58,511 nucleotides of DNA from an uncultured Verrucomicrobiae bacterium (GTDB taxonomy: Bacteria > Verrucomicrobiota > Verrucomicrobiia > Limisphaerales > JAFGQR01), in contig CAWBHS010000070.1 of assembly GCA_963788655.1 (NCBI GenBank), positions 1 to 58,511 on the forward strand, given 5' to 3'. The notes beneath the pieces were generated by a model. The model saw nothing but the letters and a program-made list of their open reading frames with translations, made no database searches and was not told where the DNA came from. Positions within the stretch are counted from its first letter, which is position 1. Every line of letters starts with the position of its first letter. Below are positions 22,162 to 32,864 of this stretch, in pieces. A program made the position numbers and the translations under genes.

Positions 22162-22832
22162 TCCGCCTCTCGAATCTGTCGGTGCAGTCCGGTGCCTTTC
22201 GTCTGACCGGGGTGGATATAGCCATTCCCACCGGACAATACGGCGTGTTGATGGGCCGGACCGGCAGCGGGAAGACCACCATCCTCGAAGCAGTCTGCGG
22301 CTTGCGCAAAGTGACCGGCGGGCGCATCGAATTGTTGGGCCGGAATGTCACGAGCTTGACGCCGGCCGAGCGCGGCATTGGTTATGTGCCCCAGGACCGG
22401 GCGCTGTTTCGCACGATGACCGTGCATCAGCATCTCGCCTTTGCGCTGAAGATCCGGGGCTGGAAACCCGCCGCCATCGAGGAACGGGTGATCGAGTTGG
22501 CCGAACTGCTCAGCGTGCAGCGTTTGCTCCACCGCCGGCCGATTGGCTTGAGCGGCGGCGAATCGCAACGAGTGGCTTTGGGCCGGGCGCTGGCCTTTCG
22601 TCCCGGCATCCTCTGCCTGGATGAGCCGCTCAGCGCGCTGGACGACGACACCCGGCTGGAGATGTATGAATTGCTGGAGAAAGTGCGCGAACATACCGGC
22701 GTCACCGTGTTACACGTGACGCACCATTGGGGCGAAGCCGAACGGCTGGGCGACCAAATCATGCGGATCAATTCTACCGGCGTGGAAACAATTGAAACGC
22801 GCACGGAATCCCAGTTTGAAGCACCGCGTTGA
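22158..22832 (+). CDS. modC: ABC transporter ATP-binding protein (ModC/CysA-like)
   Basis: GRTGSGKT, LSGGESQRVALGRAL, LDEP; ATGA overlap with modB. Confidence 0.88.
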   Translation: MIRLSNLSVQSGAFRLTGVDIAIPTGQYGVLMGRTGSGKTTILEAVCGLRKVTGGRIELLGRNVTSLTPAERGIGYVPQDRALFRTMTVHQHLAFALKIRGWKPAAIEERVIELAELLSVQRLLHRRPIGLSGGESQRVALGRALAFRPGILCLDEPLSALDDDTRLEMYELLEKVREHTGVTVLHVTHHWGEAERLGDQIMRINSTGVETIETRTESQFEAPR

Positions 22833-22915
22833 CCGAATGTCATTCTCCTCTCACCCTGACCGCGGTAAGGGCTAAGCAAGCACCGAGCCAGCCGCAGTTG
22901 CCACCCTCTCTGGTT

Positions 22916-23485
22916 TTAAAACTGATACGCCAGACTCAGCAGGTGCAGATTCAGTCCCGGATTCGGAGTGCCCAAGCCGGCATTGGACATGTGCTGGAAC
23001 CGGTAGCCCAATTGCCAACGGGAAGTGAATTGCCATTCCAGCCCGACGTGACTGGTGAATTGAAACGGCAGGCCAAAACTGCGTTGGACGTATTCATACT
23101 GGCTTAATACCGTGGCTCGAACACCAACTTCCAAAGCGATCGGGAATGGGTCGTATTTAATGACCAGTTCCGGGCCCACCGTTCCCACGAACCCGGTCTC
23201 GCCGTGGCCGTGCAGCGCACCCGCGGTGACTTCAGCTCGTGATTTGATGAGCCAGTCGGAACCCAAGTTCCAGTTCCAGGGGAGACTCCGAATTGCAAAT
23301 ACCTCCGTTTGCACGAAAGGATGGGAATAGTCGCTCGACGAAGCCCCGGCCCGCAGGCCCACAGTGTACCGATTTGTAGTCTGTGCAGAGCCGCTGACCA
23401 TGGCGATCAGCAACGACAGTCCAACCAGCAGCGGCATTAACCGACCATGCGGTCGGCGAAGGTGGGCAGTGGCCACGCGATTCAT
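22916..23485 (-). CDS. pagL: Lipid A 3-O-deacylase (PagL-like) outer membrane beta-barrel
   Basis: FQFTSHVG, RFQHMSNAGL..PNPGLN, C-terminal Phe; start codon uncertain. Confidence 0.8.
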   Translation of the reverse strand: MNRVATAHLRRPHGRLMPLLVGLSLLIAMVSGSAQTTNRYTVGLRAGASSSDYSHPFVQTEVFAIRSLPWNWNLGSDWLIKSRAEVTAGALHGHGETGFVGTVGPELVIKYDPFPIALEVGVRATVLSQYEYVQRSFGLPFQFTSHVGLEWQFTSRWQLGYRFQHMSNAGLGTPNPGLNLHLLSLAYQF

Positions 23486-23865
23486 AAAACCGTCATCAGC
23501 CGGCCGCCGCAACCGACTGGTTGACAAAATATCTCGAAACCTAAAGGCGTCGTGGTGCCCAGTCCAAATGTGTACAAAATATCAATAGGTTGCATGGAAT
23601 AGATCATATTCTCGTATTCCTTTCGCGGCGATTTTATGCAGCGCCAGACGAAAAGCAACCGGTTCTTTGAAGGAAAAATGGCCCATGTCCAAGCATCCAA
23701 AAAGGCCCAGTTTCACTGCCATTTTCCAAGGAAAGACTGGTCGAAATCGAAGTGGGCCCGAGGATTTGGGCCTGCCTTGGACGTTGGTCATTGGGCATTC
23801 GGTACGCGGGCCGCGACCGGCAGAAGTTAAGGTCGGCGAGACTCTGACCGCGTGTTGGCGGGACT

Positions 23866-25431
23866 TTATTTTGCGTATTCGATGCAGCGCGTTTCCCGGA
23901 CCACCGTCACCCGAATTTGTCCCGGATACTGCAACTGTTCTTCGATCTTGTGTGAAATATTACGGGCGAGCACCAAAGCATCCATGTCACTCACCATCTC
24001 CGGCTGCACAATGATTCGTAATTCGCGACCGGCCTGCACGGCGTAACACTTCTCGACGCCGCTGAACGATTGCCCAATGGTTTCCAGCGCTTCCAAGCGT
24101 TTGAGATACGTGCTCATGGTCTCCAGCCGCGCGCCAGGTCGGGAGGCGCTGATGGCATCGGCCGCTTCGAGCAGCACGCTGATGATGCCGATTTGCGGTA
24201 CTTCTTTGTGGTGGGAGGCGACAGCGTTGACGACTTCCGGCGCTTCCCCGAAGCGACGGATGAAATCGGCTCCGACCAGCGCGTGGGCCCCTTCGACCTC
24301 CTGGTTGACGGCCTTGCCAATGTCGTGCAGCAAACCGGCGCGTTTGGCGAGGGGAATGTTACCCCCCATCTCGGCGGTGAGCAATCCGGCCAACTGCGCC
24401 ACTTCGATTGAATGTTCGAGCACATTTTGCGAGAAGCTGTGCCGAAATCGCAAGCGGCCCAGCATTCGAGTCATTTCCGGGTGCAAGGCCGGAAGCCCCA
24501 CGCGCGCCACCGCCTCTTCGCCCACCTTGAGAATGGTTTCCTCCATATCCTCGGTGACTTTGCGGACGACTTCTTCGATTCGAGTGGGATGAATTCGACC
24601 GTCGGCAATCAACCGGAGCATGGATTCGCGCGCGATCTCCCGCCGGACGGGATCGAATCCGGACAACACCACGGTGTTGGGGGTGTCGTCAATCAGTACA
24701 GTGATGCCTGTGGCTGCTTCAAAGGTGCGAATGTTTCGCCCCTCCCGGCCAATGATGCGCCCCTTCAGTTCCCCGTCGGGCAACGCTAACGTGGCGCTCG
24801 TGGACTCGAAAGTGTGGTCGCCCGCATACCGTTGAATCGCCAGGCTGATGATGTGCCGGGCCTTTTCTTCGGCGCGCGTTTTGGCGTCGTCCAGAATGCG
24901 GCGCGTTAGATGGGCGGCATCTTGTTGGGCCTGCTGTTCACTTTCCTTGAGCAAAAGCTGTCGGGCTTCTGCGCCGCTCAAGCCAGCCAGGGCTTCCACC
25001 TCCGCCTGCCGTTGGGCTGATATCCGGGCCAGTTCCTTTTGTTGGAGCACCGCCGCTTCGTTCTTTTGGCGCCATTCTTCCTGCTGGCCGTGGAGGGATT
25101 GTTCTTCATCAACCAGATTCTTGAGTTGCAAATTGATCAACGTCTCCCGTTCGACCAGTTTCTTCTCGGCCTCAGCGATCTCGCTCTGGCGCTGCGCAGC
25201 GGACTGCTCCATTTCGGCCCGGAGGACGAGGGCTTCTTCCTTGGCCTGCAAACGGGCTTCCTGGAGGATGCTTTTCGCTTCGCGACGGGCGACCTCGATG
25301 AGGGCTTGTTCCTTACGAATTGCCGCGGCTCGGCGGTTCTTTCGTTCCCAATGCAGCAGCCCGTAGCCCAGCATCGCGCCCAGCACCAAGCAAATCGGGC
25401 CGACTATGTACGCATTTGCCAACAAACTCAT
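23866..25431 (-). CDS. rny: Ribonuclease Y
   Basis: N-terminal TM, coiled coil, KH (KGRIIGREGRNIR), HD (LLHDIGK), AVQAGRELR. Confidence 0.96.
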   Translation of the reverse strand: MSLLANAYIVGPICLVLGAMLGYGLLHWERKNRRAAAIRKEQALIEVARREAKSILQEARLQAKEEALVLRAEMEQSAAQRQSEIAEAEKKLVERETLINLQLKNLVDEEQSLHGQQEEWRQKNEAAVLQQKELARISAQRQAEVEALAGLSGAEARQLLLKESEQQAQQDAAHLTRRILDDAKTRAEEKARHIISLAIQRYAGDHTFESTSATLALPDGELKGRIIGREGRNIRTFEAATGITVLIDDTPNTVVLSGFDPVRREIARESMLRLIADGRIHPTRIEEVVRKVTEDMEETILKVGEEAVARVGLPALHPEMTRMLGRLRFRHSFSQNVLEHSIEVAQLAGLLTAEMGGNIPLAKRAGLLHDIGKAVNQEVEGAHALVGADFIRRFGEAPEVVNAVASHHKEVPQIGIISVLLEAADAISASRPGARLETMSTYLKRLEALETIGQSFSGVEKCYAVQAGRELRIIVQPEMVSDMDALVLARNISHKIEEQLQYPGQIRVTVVRETRCIEYAK

Positions 25432-26021
25432 TTCAAAACCGACGCGCCGGCACAGTCGTGCCAGCAGGTCGGTGTCAGGATGCAATTTAAACGAATATCA
25501 TGCGGTTCCGCGGGCAATTCCCCAACGACCTGCCAGTCAAAGGCAATCCCACATTTTAACCCGCGCACCGAGGCCAGCAGCCGGTCGTAGTACCCTTTAC
25601 CCCGACCCAACCGCCAGCCACTTCGAGTGAAACCTACGCCAGGCACCAGCACCAAGTCCAGCCGGTTTAGCGCAAATACCGGGCAGGCAGGTTGCGGCTC
25701 CAAAATGCCAAAATGACCGGAGCGCAAATCCGCCTGGAGATCGGCGATCCGGCACGCTTCGTAAATACGATCGCGCGCAACGAACCGTGGCAGGATCACA
25801 TTCTTTCCTGCGGCCAGCGCGCGGTGAATCAGCGGCCAGACATCCGGTTCGCCAGTCATCGAAGCAAACAGCATCACAGCATGGGCGTGCTGCCAGACAG
25901 GCCGTTCCTCGACGCGGCGGCAAAGCTCCCGCGAGGCTTGGGCGCGTTCGTCCGGGGTGTGCCGCCGATCTTCTTCCCCCAATCGCTGGCGCAATTCTAC
26001 TTTTAGTGCGTGAAGGTCCAT
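25428..26021 (-). CDS. ygfA: 5-formyltetrahydrofolate cyclo-ligase
   Basis: FGILEP, DLVLVPGVGF...RLGRGKGYYDR, EPHD; 4-nt overlap with rny. Confidence 0.93.
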   Translation of the reverse strand: MDLHALKVELRQRLGEEDRRHTPDERAQASRELCRRVEERPVWQHAHAVMLFASMTGEPDVWPLIHRALAAGKNVILPRFVARDRIYEACRIADLQADLRSGHFGILEPQPACPVFALNRLDLVLVPGVGFTRSGWRLGRGKGYYDRLLASVRGLKCGIAFDWQVVGELPAEPHDIRLNCILTPTCWHDCAGASVLK

Positions 26022-26023
26022 GG

Positions 26024-27451
26024 TTACGACGGCTTCGGCTCCGATTGGCTCGCTGGTGCTGCCCCGGCTTCCAGCGCATGTTTCCCGGTGACGCCCGCCA
26101 AGGCTCGCCACCGTTCAACCCGGTCTTTGATTTTCTTTTCGACGCCTTGTTCGGTGGGCTCGTAGTAGCGCCGGAACTCTCCCAAATAATCCTGTGCCAC
26201 ATAGTGGCCTGGATGACTATGGGCATATTGATAACCTTCCCCGTGACCAAGCTGTTTGGCGCCGGCATAATGAGCATCGCGCAGATGATTCGGCACCGGC
26301 AGCGTTCGGCCTGAACGCACATCGGTCAGGGCGGCGTCAATGGCCAGGCAGGCGCTGTTGCTTTTGTTGGCGGTGGCGATGTAAACGGTCGCCTCCGCAA
26401 TGGGGATGCGGGCCTCCGGCCACCCGACGAACTCGGAGGCCTGATGGGCAGCCTGCGCCAGGACCAATGCCATGGGATCGGCCAATCCAACGTCTTCGGC
26501 GGCACAGATGACAATCCGCCGCGTGATAAAGCGCGGGTCTTCCCCGGCCTCAATCATCTTGGCCAGCCAATATAGGGCGGCGTCGGGATCACTGCCTCGC
26601 ATGGATTTGATAAAGGCCGAAATGGTGTCGTAATGGGCGTCGCCGTCGCCGTCATAAACGATGGCTTTACGCTGAATGCTCTGCTCGGTGACGGCCAAAT
26701 TGACGTGAATGATCCCGTCTTCTCCCGGCGGAGTGGTCAGGGCGGCAATCTCCAGAGCGTTCAGGGCTTTGCGGGCATCGCCATCAGCGATTCTGGCCAG
26801 ATGCCGCAACGCTTTCTCATCGGCCAGAAGTTGAAGGTAACCCAGCCCACGTTCGGCGTCGCCCACGGCGCTTTGTAGCAGGGAATACAACTCCGTTTCG
26901 CTCAAAGGGCGGAGTTCAAAAATTTGCGATCGCGAAACCAACGGAGAATTGACGAAGAAGAAGGGGTTGTGAGTCGTTGCGCCGATCAACCGCACCACTC
27001 CACTTTCCACATCCGGCAACAGCACATCCTGTTGGGCTTTGTTGAACCGGTGAATCTCATCAATGAACAGGATTGTGGACTGGCCCGTGTTGGCCAGACG
27101 GTTGGCGGCGGAAGCCAGCACTCGTCGCATGTCAGCCACGTTGGATTCCACGCCGCTGAGCCGCTCGAATTTGTTTCGGGTTTGGCGGGCAATAATTTGG
27201 GCAAGGGTGGTTTTGCCGGTGCCCGGGGGACCGTAAAAAATCAACGACTGAATCCGATCCGCCTCAATGGCCCGCCGTAACAACTGGCCGGGAGCCAGGA
27301 TGTGGGTCTGCCCGACAAATTCCGTCAGGGTTCGCGGCCGCATTCGAGAGGCCAGTGGGGCGCCACGCGGTGGCGTTTCAGCACCCGTTGGCAGGGGCTT
27401 ACGTTCAGCGTCGGACGGCCGAGCAAACAGGTCTTCTCGAGACATGGCCAC
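26024..27451 (-). CDS. rarA: Replication-associated recombination protein A (RarA/MgsA)
   Basis: PLASRMRP, GPPGTGKTT, DEIHRFNKAQQD, SAFIKSMRGSDPDA, EDVGLADP. Confidence 0.96.
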   Translation of the reverse strand: MAMSREDLFARPSDAERKPLPTGAETPPRGAPLASRMRPRTLTEFVGQTHILAPGQLLRRAIEADRIQSLIFYGPPGTGKTTLAQIIARQTRNKFERLSGVESNVADMRRVLASAANRLANTGQSTILFIDEIHRFNKAQQDVLLPDVESGVVRLIGATTHNPFFFVNSPLVSRSQIFELRPLSETELYSLLQSAVGDAERGLGYLQLLADEKALRHLARIADGDARKALNALEIAALTTPPGEDGIIHVNLAVTEQSIQRKAIVYDGDGDAHYDTISAFIKSMRGSDPDAALYWLAKMIEAGEDPRFITRRIVICAAEDVGLADPMALVLAQAAHQASEFVGWPEARIPIAEATVYIATANKSNSACLAIDAALTDVRSGRTLPVPNHLRDAHYAGAKQLGHGEGYQYAHSHPGHYVAQDYLGEFRRYYEPTEQGVEKKIKDRVERWRALAGVTGKHALEAGAAPASQSEPKPS

Positions 27452-27548
27452 AAGTTAGCAAGGGATAGATTGCCTCCCAACAAAAATTCTTTTCCTGACC
27501 GGCGATTGGAGTGCAAAAAGAAACCCCGCCGTAATGCCGTGTGGTAAC

Positions 27549-27562
27549 TGTTCCATTGAACA
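27549..27562. promoter_or_regulatory. Candidate LexA (SOS) box TGTTC-N4-GAACA
   Basis: TGTTC-CATT-GAACA about 100 bp upstream of rarA; matches the motif described for verrucomicrobial LexA. Confidence 0.55.
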
Positions 27563-27941
27563 CTTCGAAACAGGGTGGAACCGGCTTGCTGACTTTCGAC
27601 TTCCAGTCAAGGCCTGTCGGCCATCAACAGAGCTAAGGTTCCTTGTCTTTATTTAACTACGGTTCAAGGACTTAGTTTCGAATCACGCGCATGGGCAGGG
27701 TTAAATCCTGTCAATGTCTCGTTTGCAAAGAACTCGGCGCACTTTGGTTATCCCTAATCGCGTCAACCGTGTGCGTCGGCGACGAAACCAACTATCGTCA
27801 AAGGCACTTTCGGAAGCAAGCCAGAAAAGTCACTTTAGTTTGGGTGCCGCCGCAAATTGGGCATAGAATCTGTGATCCATTAAGCTGGCTAACCACCTTG
27901 CGCTTTATAAGAATGGAAAACTTTCAAAAACGGAGTTTGTT

Positions 27942-27970
27942 TTGACAAACGTGCATTGTGTGATTTAATT
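27942..27970 (+). promoter_or_regulatory. Possible sigma70 promoter
   Basis: TTGACA-17bp-TTAATT upstream of the PPC/PKD protein gene. Confidence 0.4.
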
Positions 27971-28179
27971 TGGCCGTATTCCATTGCTACGTTTGCAGTA
28001 GATCTCTGGCTCAGAAGTTGTATGCCCGAATTCAGTTTCGATTGTGTGCCGCGGGGAGGGGACACAGTTGAATTGTTCCCGCCGCAGTGGAAACAGAACT
28101 TCGGCTTGATCAGCTCAGAAGCAACCATGCTCGGCTCCAGAAAATTAGACAACCCTTTATCATCCGGCATCATCTGACG

Positions 28180-31100
28180 ATGCATACAATTATGATTCTC
28201 CGTCGGCTTTTGGTTGGCGCAATGCGCTTGAAAAGTGGCCTGAGGGAATGGCAATCCTCCAAACAGGCTGTTTGGTTTTGCCTCGCGGGCGTTTTCTTGA
28301 CGCTTCCGCCCATGGCCCGTACCGCCGTGCCCCCGAACGATGTTTGTTCTGGAGCCCAAGTCATTCCCGCGACTGCTGGAGCGATCAGCCCGTACCTGAC
28401 ACCAATCACCGACATTCTGGATGCAACCGACGCGGGTGATCCGAACACGGAAAACACCTGTCAGACGAACGTGCAACATGGAGTTTGGTACGTTTTCACT
28501 CCGCAAAAAGAAGCGTTTTACACCCTCTCTACTCTGCCCCAAGACACCCCGGGGACCACCGTGGATGACACCGTGCTGGCGATCTTTACCTCGGTCGGCG
28601 ACTGTGCCGGACCGTTTGTGGAGATACCCAGCACGGAATTCAGCGTTGGCTGCAACGATGACTTCGACCCCTTGGGCCAAGAATATCATGCTGCCCTTAC
28701 CACGCTCCTGAATGCCGGTACGACATACTACATTCTGGCCTGGCACTATTTCGACGTTGACGATCCCTTTCCCCTGGGACCCGGCGCCTCAACGATTCAA
28801 TTGCGCATCACCCGAACCATTCCGCCCCACAACGACGACTGTTCCCAAGCCGAGGTGGTGACGCTGAATCTGCCCGTCATCGGCACGACCTTTCGCGCCA
28901 CCAACGATTATCAATTGAACAACCCGGCATGTTACGGTGGGGTGGGCCAGATTTTTTCCGAGGCACCCGGTCCGGATGTGGTCTATTCGTTCACCGCGCC
29001 AGTCGCAGACACGTATTCGTTCAAAGTGTTTGGGGCCAATCTGCAAAACGACTTTGTTTTGTATTTAATGACCAACTGCCCCGCGGGCAATCCGCCGGTG
29101 GTGCTCACCAATTGCTTGCAGGCAGCCAACCGAGTGCCCGGCAGCCCGGAGGAACTGGCCTGCGTCTTCCTGGTGGCTCAGCAGCAGGTGTATCTGGTCG
29201 TAGATGAAACCAATAGCCTGAGTTCGGGGGGCAATTTTTCGCTGGAGGTGACCAAGTGTTTTCCCGAGACCGAAACCAACAATACGCCGGCAACTGCCAC
29301 GCTGTTTGTCTGCGGCATGGAGGGATCCATCGATCCCCGCTCGGATGTGGACTTTTACGCCTTGGGCACCTACCCACGGGGATCACGGCTTTTTGCCATG
29401 GTCGATGGCAACGCAGCCAACAACACCCGTGACTTTGATTTGCGGGTAACGTCGATGACGGAAACCATCGAATATGACGAAGGTGACAACAGTGTGGAGT
29501 TTGGCGCCTTTTCGCCCAATGTGTGTGGCGTGCCCTTGCCACGCGAACCGGTGTTCCTGAGCGTGAATTACAATCGGTCCACGTTTGCTGCCGAGCCTTA
29601 TCGGGTTTACGCCGTAGCCCAGCCGTCCTGGATCAAGGCCATCTCCGAGGTGGAACCTAACGATTCGCTCCTCGAGGCCAATTCAGCCGCCCAAAATTAC
29701 TTCCGGGGCACGCTGGATGGACCCGCGCCATCCACTGACGTGGATACGTTCAGCTTCGCGGCCAAAGCCGAAGATCTGGTATTTGTGGCTCTGGATGGAA
29801 ATCCCCAGCGGACCAATGCTCCGATTAACGCCCAACTCGAATTGCTGGATGAACCCGGCAACGTGCTGATCGCGGTCAATGACGGCGGCCCCAATACCGC
29901 CACGTTCTCGTCCACCAATACCACGCCGGGCTCGTTGACCGCTTCCTCGCCGTACTCACCCGGCGAAGCCCTGGTGTATCGGGTCCTTCAGGATGGCCTT
30001 TACCATGTGCGGGTATCCATTGGCACGACCAATGAGACGGTCGGTGCGGGAGACTACCTGCTTTCCATTTCGTTCAATTGCCAAGGCAGCATCGAAACGA
30101 ACAATCACCCGCCAACCATCACCAGTCTTCTCGCTCCCGCTCAGGTGAATGAGGGGGAAAGCTTCGACGTGAGCGGAACCCTCCAGGACAGCGATACGTT
30201 GGATACCCACAGCGTGGTGATCGACTGGGGGGATGGGGTAGAAACCAACGAACTGGGCTCCGGTGTGGTGAGCTTTCAAATCCCGCATCAATATCTCGAT
30301 GATGATCCCAACCTAACGTCTTCCGATACTCATGCCGTCAGCATTCTACTGGTGGACGAAGCGGGGGCCACCGCAGGCACGAATGTCGCCATCACCGTTG
30401 CCAACGTCGCCCCAACGATCAAGTCCCTGGACCTCAGTTCGACGGTTATTGCAGAAAACGAAACCGTCACCCTGAACGGGCAATTCCGTGATCCGGGCCT
30501 GGGGGACATTCACTCGCTCACCATCGACTGGGGCGATGGCAATGCCAGCCATCCCACTCTCGAAATCGGCCAGCGCACGTTCAGCGTCATGCACCAATAT
30601 CTGGACGATAATCCGTCCGTCACCCCGAGCGACCATTACTTCATCGGGGTGACGATTGCCGATGACGACGGCGGCAGCGACACCGACACGGCGGAATTGA
30701 CCGTCCAGAACGTTCCGCCGCAGTTGACGGGGGTCGAAATCTCGTCGCCCATCTCCCCCTACCAAACGGCCGTGCTTCGCGGCACGATTAGCGACCCCAG
30801 CCCGCGGGACACGTTTTCGCTGGTGGTGGATTGGGGCGATGGCTCAGTCAGACAGACCAATGCGTATCCCGCCGGCAGCGGCGCTTTTGCCGTGTCCCAC
30901 AAATATGTGCTGGCAGATACGATTTTGCCCGTGGCCTTGATCTTAGTGGATGATGACGCCGGCAGCGCTACCGCCAACACGACCATCACGATGAATCCAG
31001 CTCCTGCCAACCTCCAGGTTCTCTCGATCAACCACTTGCCCAATGGCCGGGTTCAGTTGACCCTTCGGGGTGCTCCGCAGGAGACTTACCATCTGCTGTT

Positions 31101-31233
31101 TTCCACCAATTTGTTGAATTGGGAACCTTTGCTGGGGGGACCGTACACGGCGGATGAGAAAGGTGTCATTCGAGTCGAAGACGCGGAAAGCGATCAGATG
31201 TTGAAGCGTTTCTATCGCAGCGTTCAACCTTGA
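28180..31233 (+). CDS. Large secreted protein with ND.C..A repeats, PPC-like domains, three PKD-like repeats and a C-terminal STNL..W..RFYR domain
   Basis: PPNDVCSGA/HNDDCSQA, ETETNNT/EVEPNDS + DVDFY/DVDTF, DWGDG x3; start uncertain. Confidence 0.85.
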   Translation: MHTIMILRRLLVGAMRLKSGLREWQSSKQAVWFCLAGVFLTLPPMARTAVPPNDVCSGAQVIPATAGAISPYLTPITDILDATDAGDPNTENTCQTNVQHGVWYVFTPQKEAFYTLSTLPQDTPGTTVDDTVLAIFTSVGDCAGPFVEIPSTEFSVGCNDDFDPLGQEYHAALTTLLNAGTTYYILAWHYFDVDDPFPLGPGASTIQLRITRTIPPHNDDCSQAEVVTLNLPVIGTTFRATNDYQLNNPACYGGVGQIFSEAPGPDVVYSFTAPVADTYSFKVFGANLQNDFVLYLMTNCPAGNPPVVLTNCLQAANRVPGSPEELACVFLVAQQQVYLVVDETNSLSSGGNFSLEVTKCFPETETNNTPATATLFVCGMEGSIDPRSDVDFYALGTYPRGSRLFAMVDGNAANNTRDFDLRVTSMTETIEYDEGDNSVEFGAFSPNVCGVPLPREPVFLSVNYNRSTFAAEPYRVYAVAQPSWIKAISEVEPNDSLLEANSAAQNYFRGTLDGPAPSTDVDTFSFAAKAEDLVFVALDGNPQRTNAPINAQLELLDEPGNVLIAVNDGGPNTATFSSTNTTPGSLTASSPYSPGEALVYRVLQDGLYHVRVSIGTTNETVGAGDYLLSISFNCQGSIETNNHPPTITSLLAPAQVNEGESFDVSGTLQDSDTLDTHSVVIDWGDGVETNELGSGVVSFQIPHQYLDDDPNLTSSDTHAVSILLVDEAGATAGTNVAITVANVAPTIKSLDLSSTVIAENETVTLNGQFRDPGLGDIHSLTIDWGDGNASHPTLEIGQRTFSVMHQYLDDNPSVTPSDHYFIGVTIADDDGGSDTDTAELTVQNVPPQLTGVEISSPISPYQTAVLRGTISDPSPRDTFSLVVDWGDGSVRQTNAYPAGSGAFAVSHKYVLADTILPVALILVDDDAGSATANTTITMNPAPANLQVLSINHLPNGRVQLTLRGAPQETYHLLFSTNLLNWEPLLGGPYTADEKGVIRVEDAESDQMLKRFYRSVQP

Positions 31234-31304
31234 GATGCCCGCAGTCCGACGGGCGGCCTGGGTTTGCATTGCTTCGGTGGATCGCTTGGCGCAACCTCGG
31301 TGAC

Positions 31305-32864
31305 GTGAAAACTACCAGTTCCTCGAAAACCAAGACCACGCAGCCAACGCAGCGATCAAAGGAATCTCCGTTCGGTTTGTTGCGACCCATTACGCTAGTC
31401 TTGTGGGTGGTCATTTCCGCCGCCTCCGCCGCGGCCCCACCGGAAAGTCCCGCTCAACGACCCAATATCCTGTTCATCGCCATTGACGATTTGAACGATT
31501 GGGTCGGGCCGCTACAAGGACATCCGCAGGTGAAAACCCCCAACATGGATCGTCTGGCCCGGCGTGGGATGACCTTCCTGAATGCTCATTGCCAGGCCCC
31601 ACTCTGCAATCCTTCCCGGACCAGCGTCCTGACCGGATTGCGACCCTCGACCTCCGGAGTGTATGCGCTGAATCCCTGGTTTCGCTCCGCGCCCGCGCTC
31701 AAAAAACTTGTCACCTTGCCCCAGTATTTCTCACAGCACGGTTACCGGACCATCACCACCGGCAAGGTCTATCACGACGCCTATCCGCCCAAGGAAGGGC
31801 GGGTCAATGGCGCTGAATTCGATGTGTGGGGCTACCAAGGCGGTTTCCGTCCGCGCCCCGCCCGGAAGTTGGTCGAAACCCCGGACAAGAACGCGCTGAT
31901 GGACTGGGGCGTATTCCCACAACAGGACCAAGACTGCTTCGATTACGACGTGGCGGACTATGCCATTGGACAATTGAATTCAATGCCGAAGGACAAGCCC
32001 TTCATGCTGTGCGTCGGATTTCGGCATCCGCACGTGCCGTGCTACGCACCGCAGAAATGGTTCGACCTTTACCCGGAAGAAACCCTGTTGCTGCCGCCGG
32101 TCAAGGATGACGACCGCGACGATACCCCGCGTTTTTCCTGGTACCTGCATTGGAAACTGCCCGAACCCCGGTTGTCCTGGCTCAGGGAAGCCCATCAATG
32201 GCGCCCCCTGGTGCGCGCCTATCTGGCCAGCGTAAGTTTCGCCGATGCCATGGTCGGCCGGGTTTTGGAAGCGCTCGCCAAGAACGGTTTCGCTGACAAC
32301 ACCATTATCGTGTTGTGGGGCGACCATGGTTGGCATCTGGGCGAAAAGCTGATCTCCGGCAAGAACTCCTTGTGGGATCGTTCAACCCGAGTGCCACTGA
32401 TCTTTGCCGGGCCGGGCGTCACGAAAAGCGCCAAGTGCCGGCAACCCGCCGAACTGCTGGACCTGTATCCGACCCTGGTCGAACTGGCCGGACTGCCCCC
32501 CAAAGACGGCTTGGATGGCCACAGTCTGGTGCCGCAGTTGCAAGCCGCCAGCACGCCCCGCACATTTCCCGCCATCACCACGCACGGCCCCAACAACCAC
32601 GCGATCCGGACGGAGCGCTGGCGTTACATCCGTTACGCAGACGGATCGGAGGAACTTTACGACATGTATTCCGACGCCAACGAATGGACCAATCTGGCTT
32701 CCGACCCGCGCTATACGGCCACCAAAAAGGAATTGTCCCAATGGTTGCCCAAGGTGAACGCCGCGCCGGTGCCGGGCAGCGTGATCCGCCTGATTGAAAT
32801 CAAGCAAGGCCAGGTCTTTTGGGAAGGCAAACCGGTCGGGCCGGATGATCCGATTCCGGATTAG
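31305..32864 (+). CDS. Sulfatase (iduronate/choline sulfatase-like)
   Basis: RPNILFIAIDDLND, CNPSR, GKVYH, PHVP, GDHGWHLGEK; start uncertain. Confidence 0.92.
   Translation: MKTTSSSKTKTTQPTQRSKESPFGLLRPITLVLWVVISAASAAAPPESPAQRPNILFIAIDDLNDWVGPLQGHPQVKTPNMDRLARRGMTFLNAHCQAPLCNPSRTSVLTGLRPSTSGVYALNPWFRSAPALKKLVTLPQYFSQHGYRTITTGKVYHDAYPPKEGRVNGAEFDVWGYQGGFRPRPARKLVETPDKNALMDWGVFPQQDQDCFDYDVADYAIGQLNSMPKDKPFMLCVGFRHPHVPCYAPQKWFDLYPEETLLLPPVKDDDRDDTPRFSWYLHWKLPEPRLSWLREAHQWRPLVRAYLASVSFADAMVGRVLEALAKNGFADNTIIVLWGDHGWHLGEKLISGKNSLWDRSTRVPLIFAGPGVTKSAKCRQPAELLDLYPTLVELAGLPPKDGLDGHSLVPQLQAASTPRTFPAITTHGPNNHAIRTERWRYIRYADGSEELYDMYSDANEWTNLASDPRYTATKKELSQWLPKVNAAPVPGSVIRLIEIKQGQVFWEGKPVGPDDPIPD

Noticed and set aside
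26021..26030. 6S RNA expected upstream of ygfA
   Set aside because: The rarA stop lies 2 bp from the ygfA start, leaving no room.
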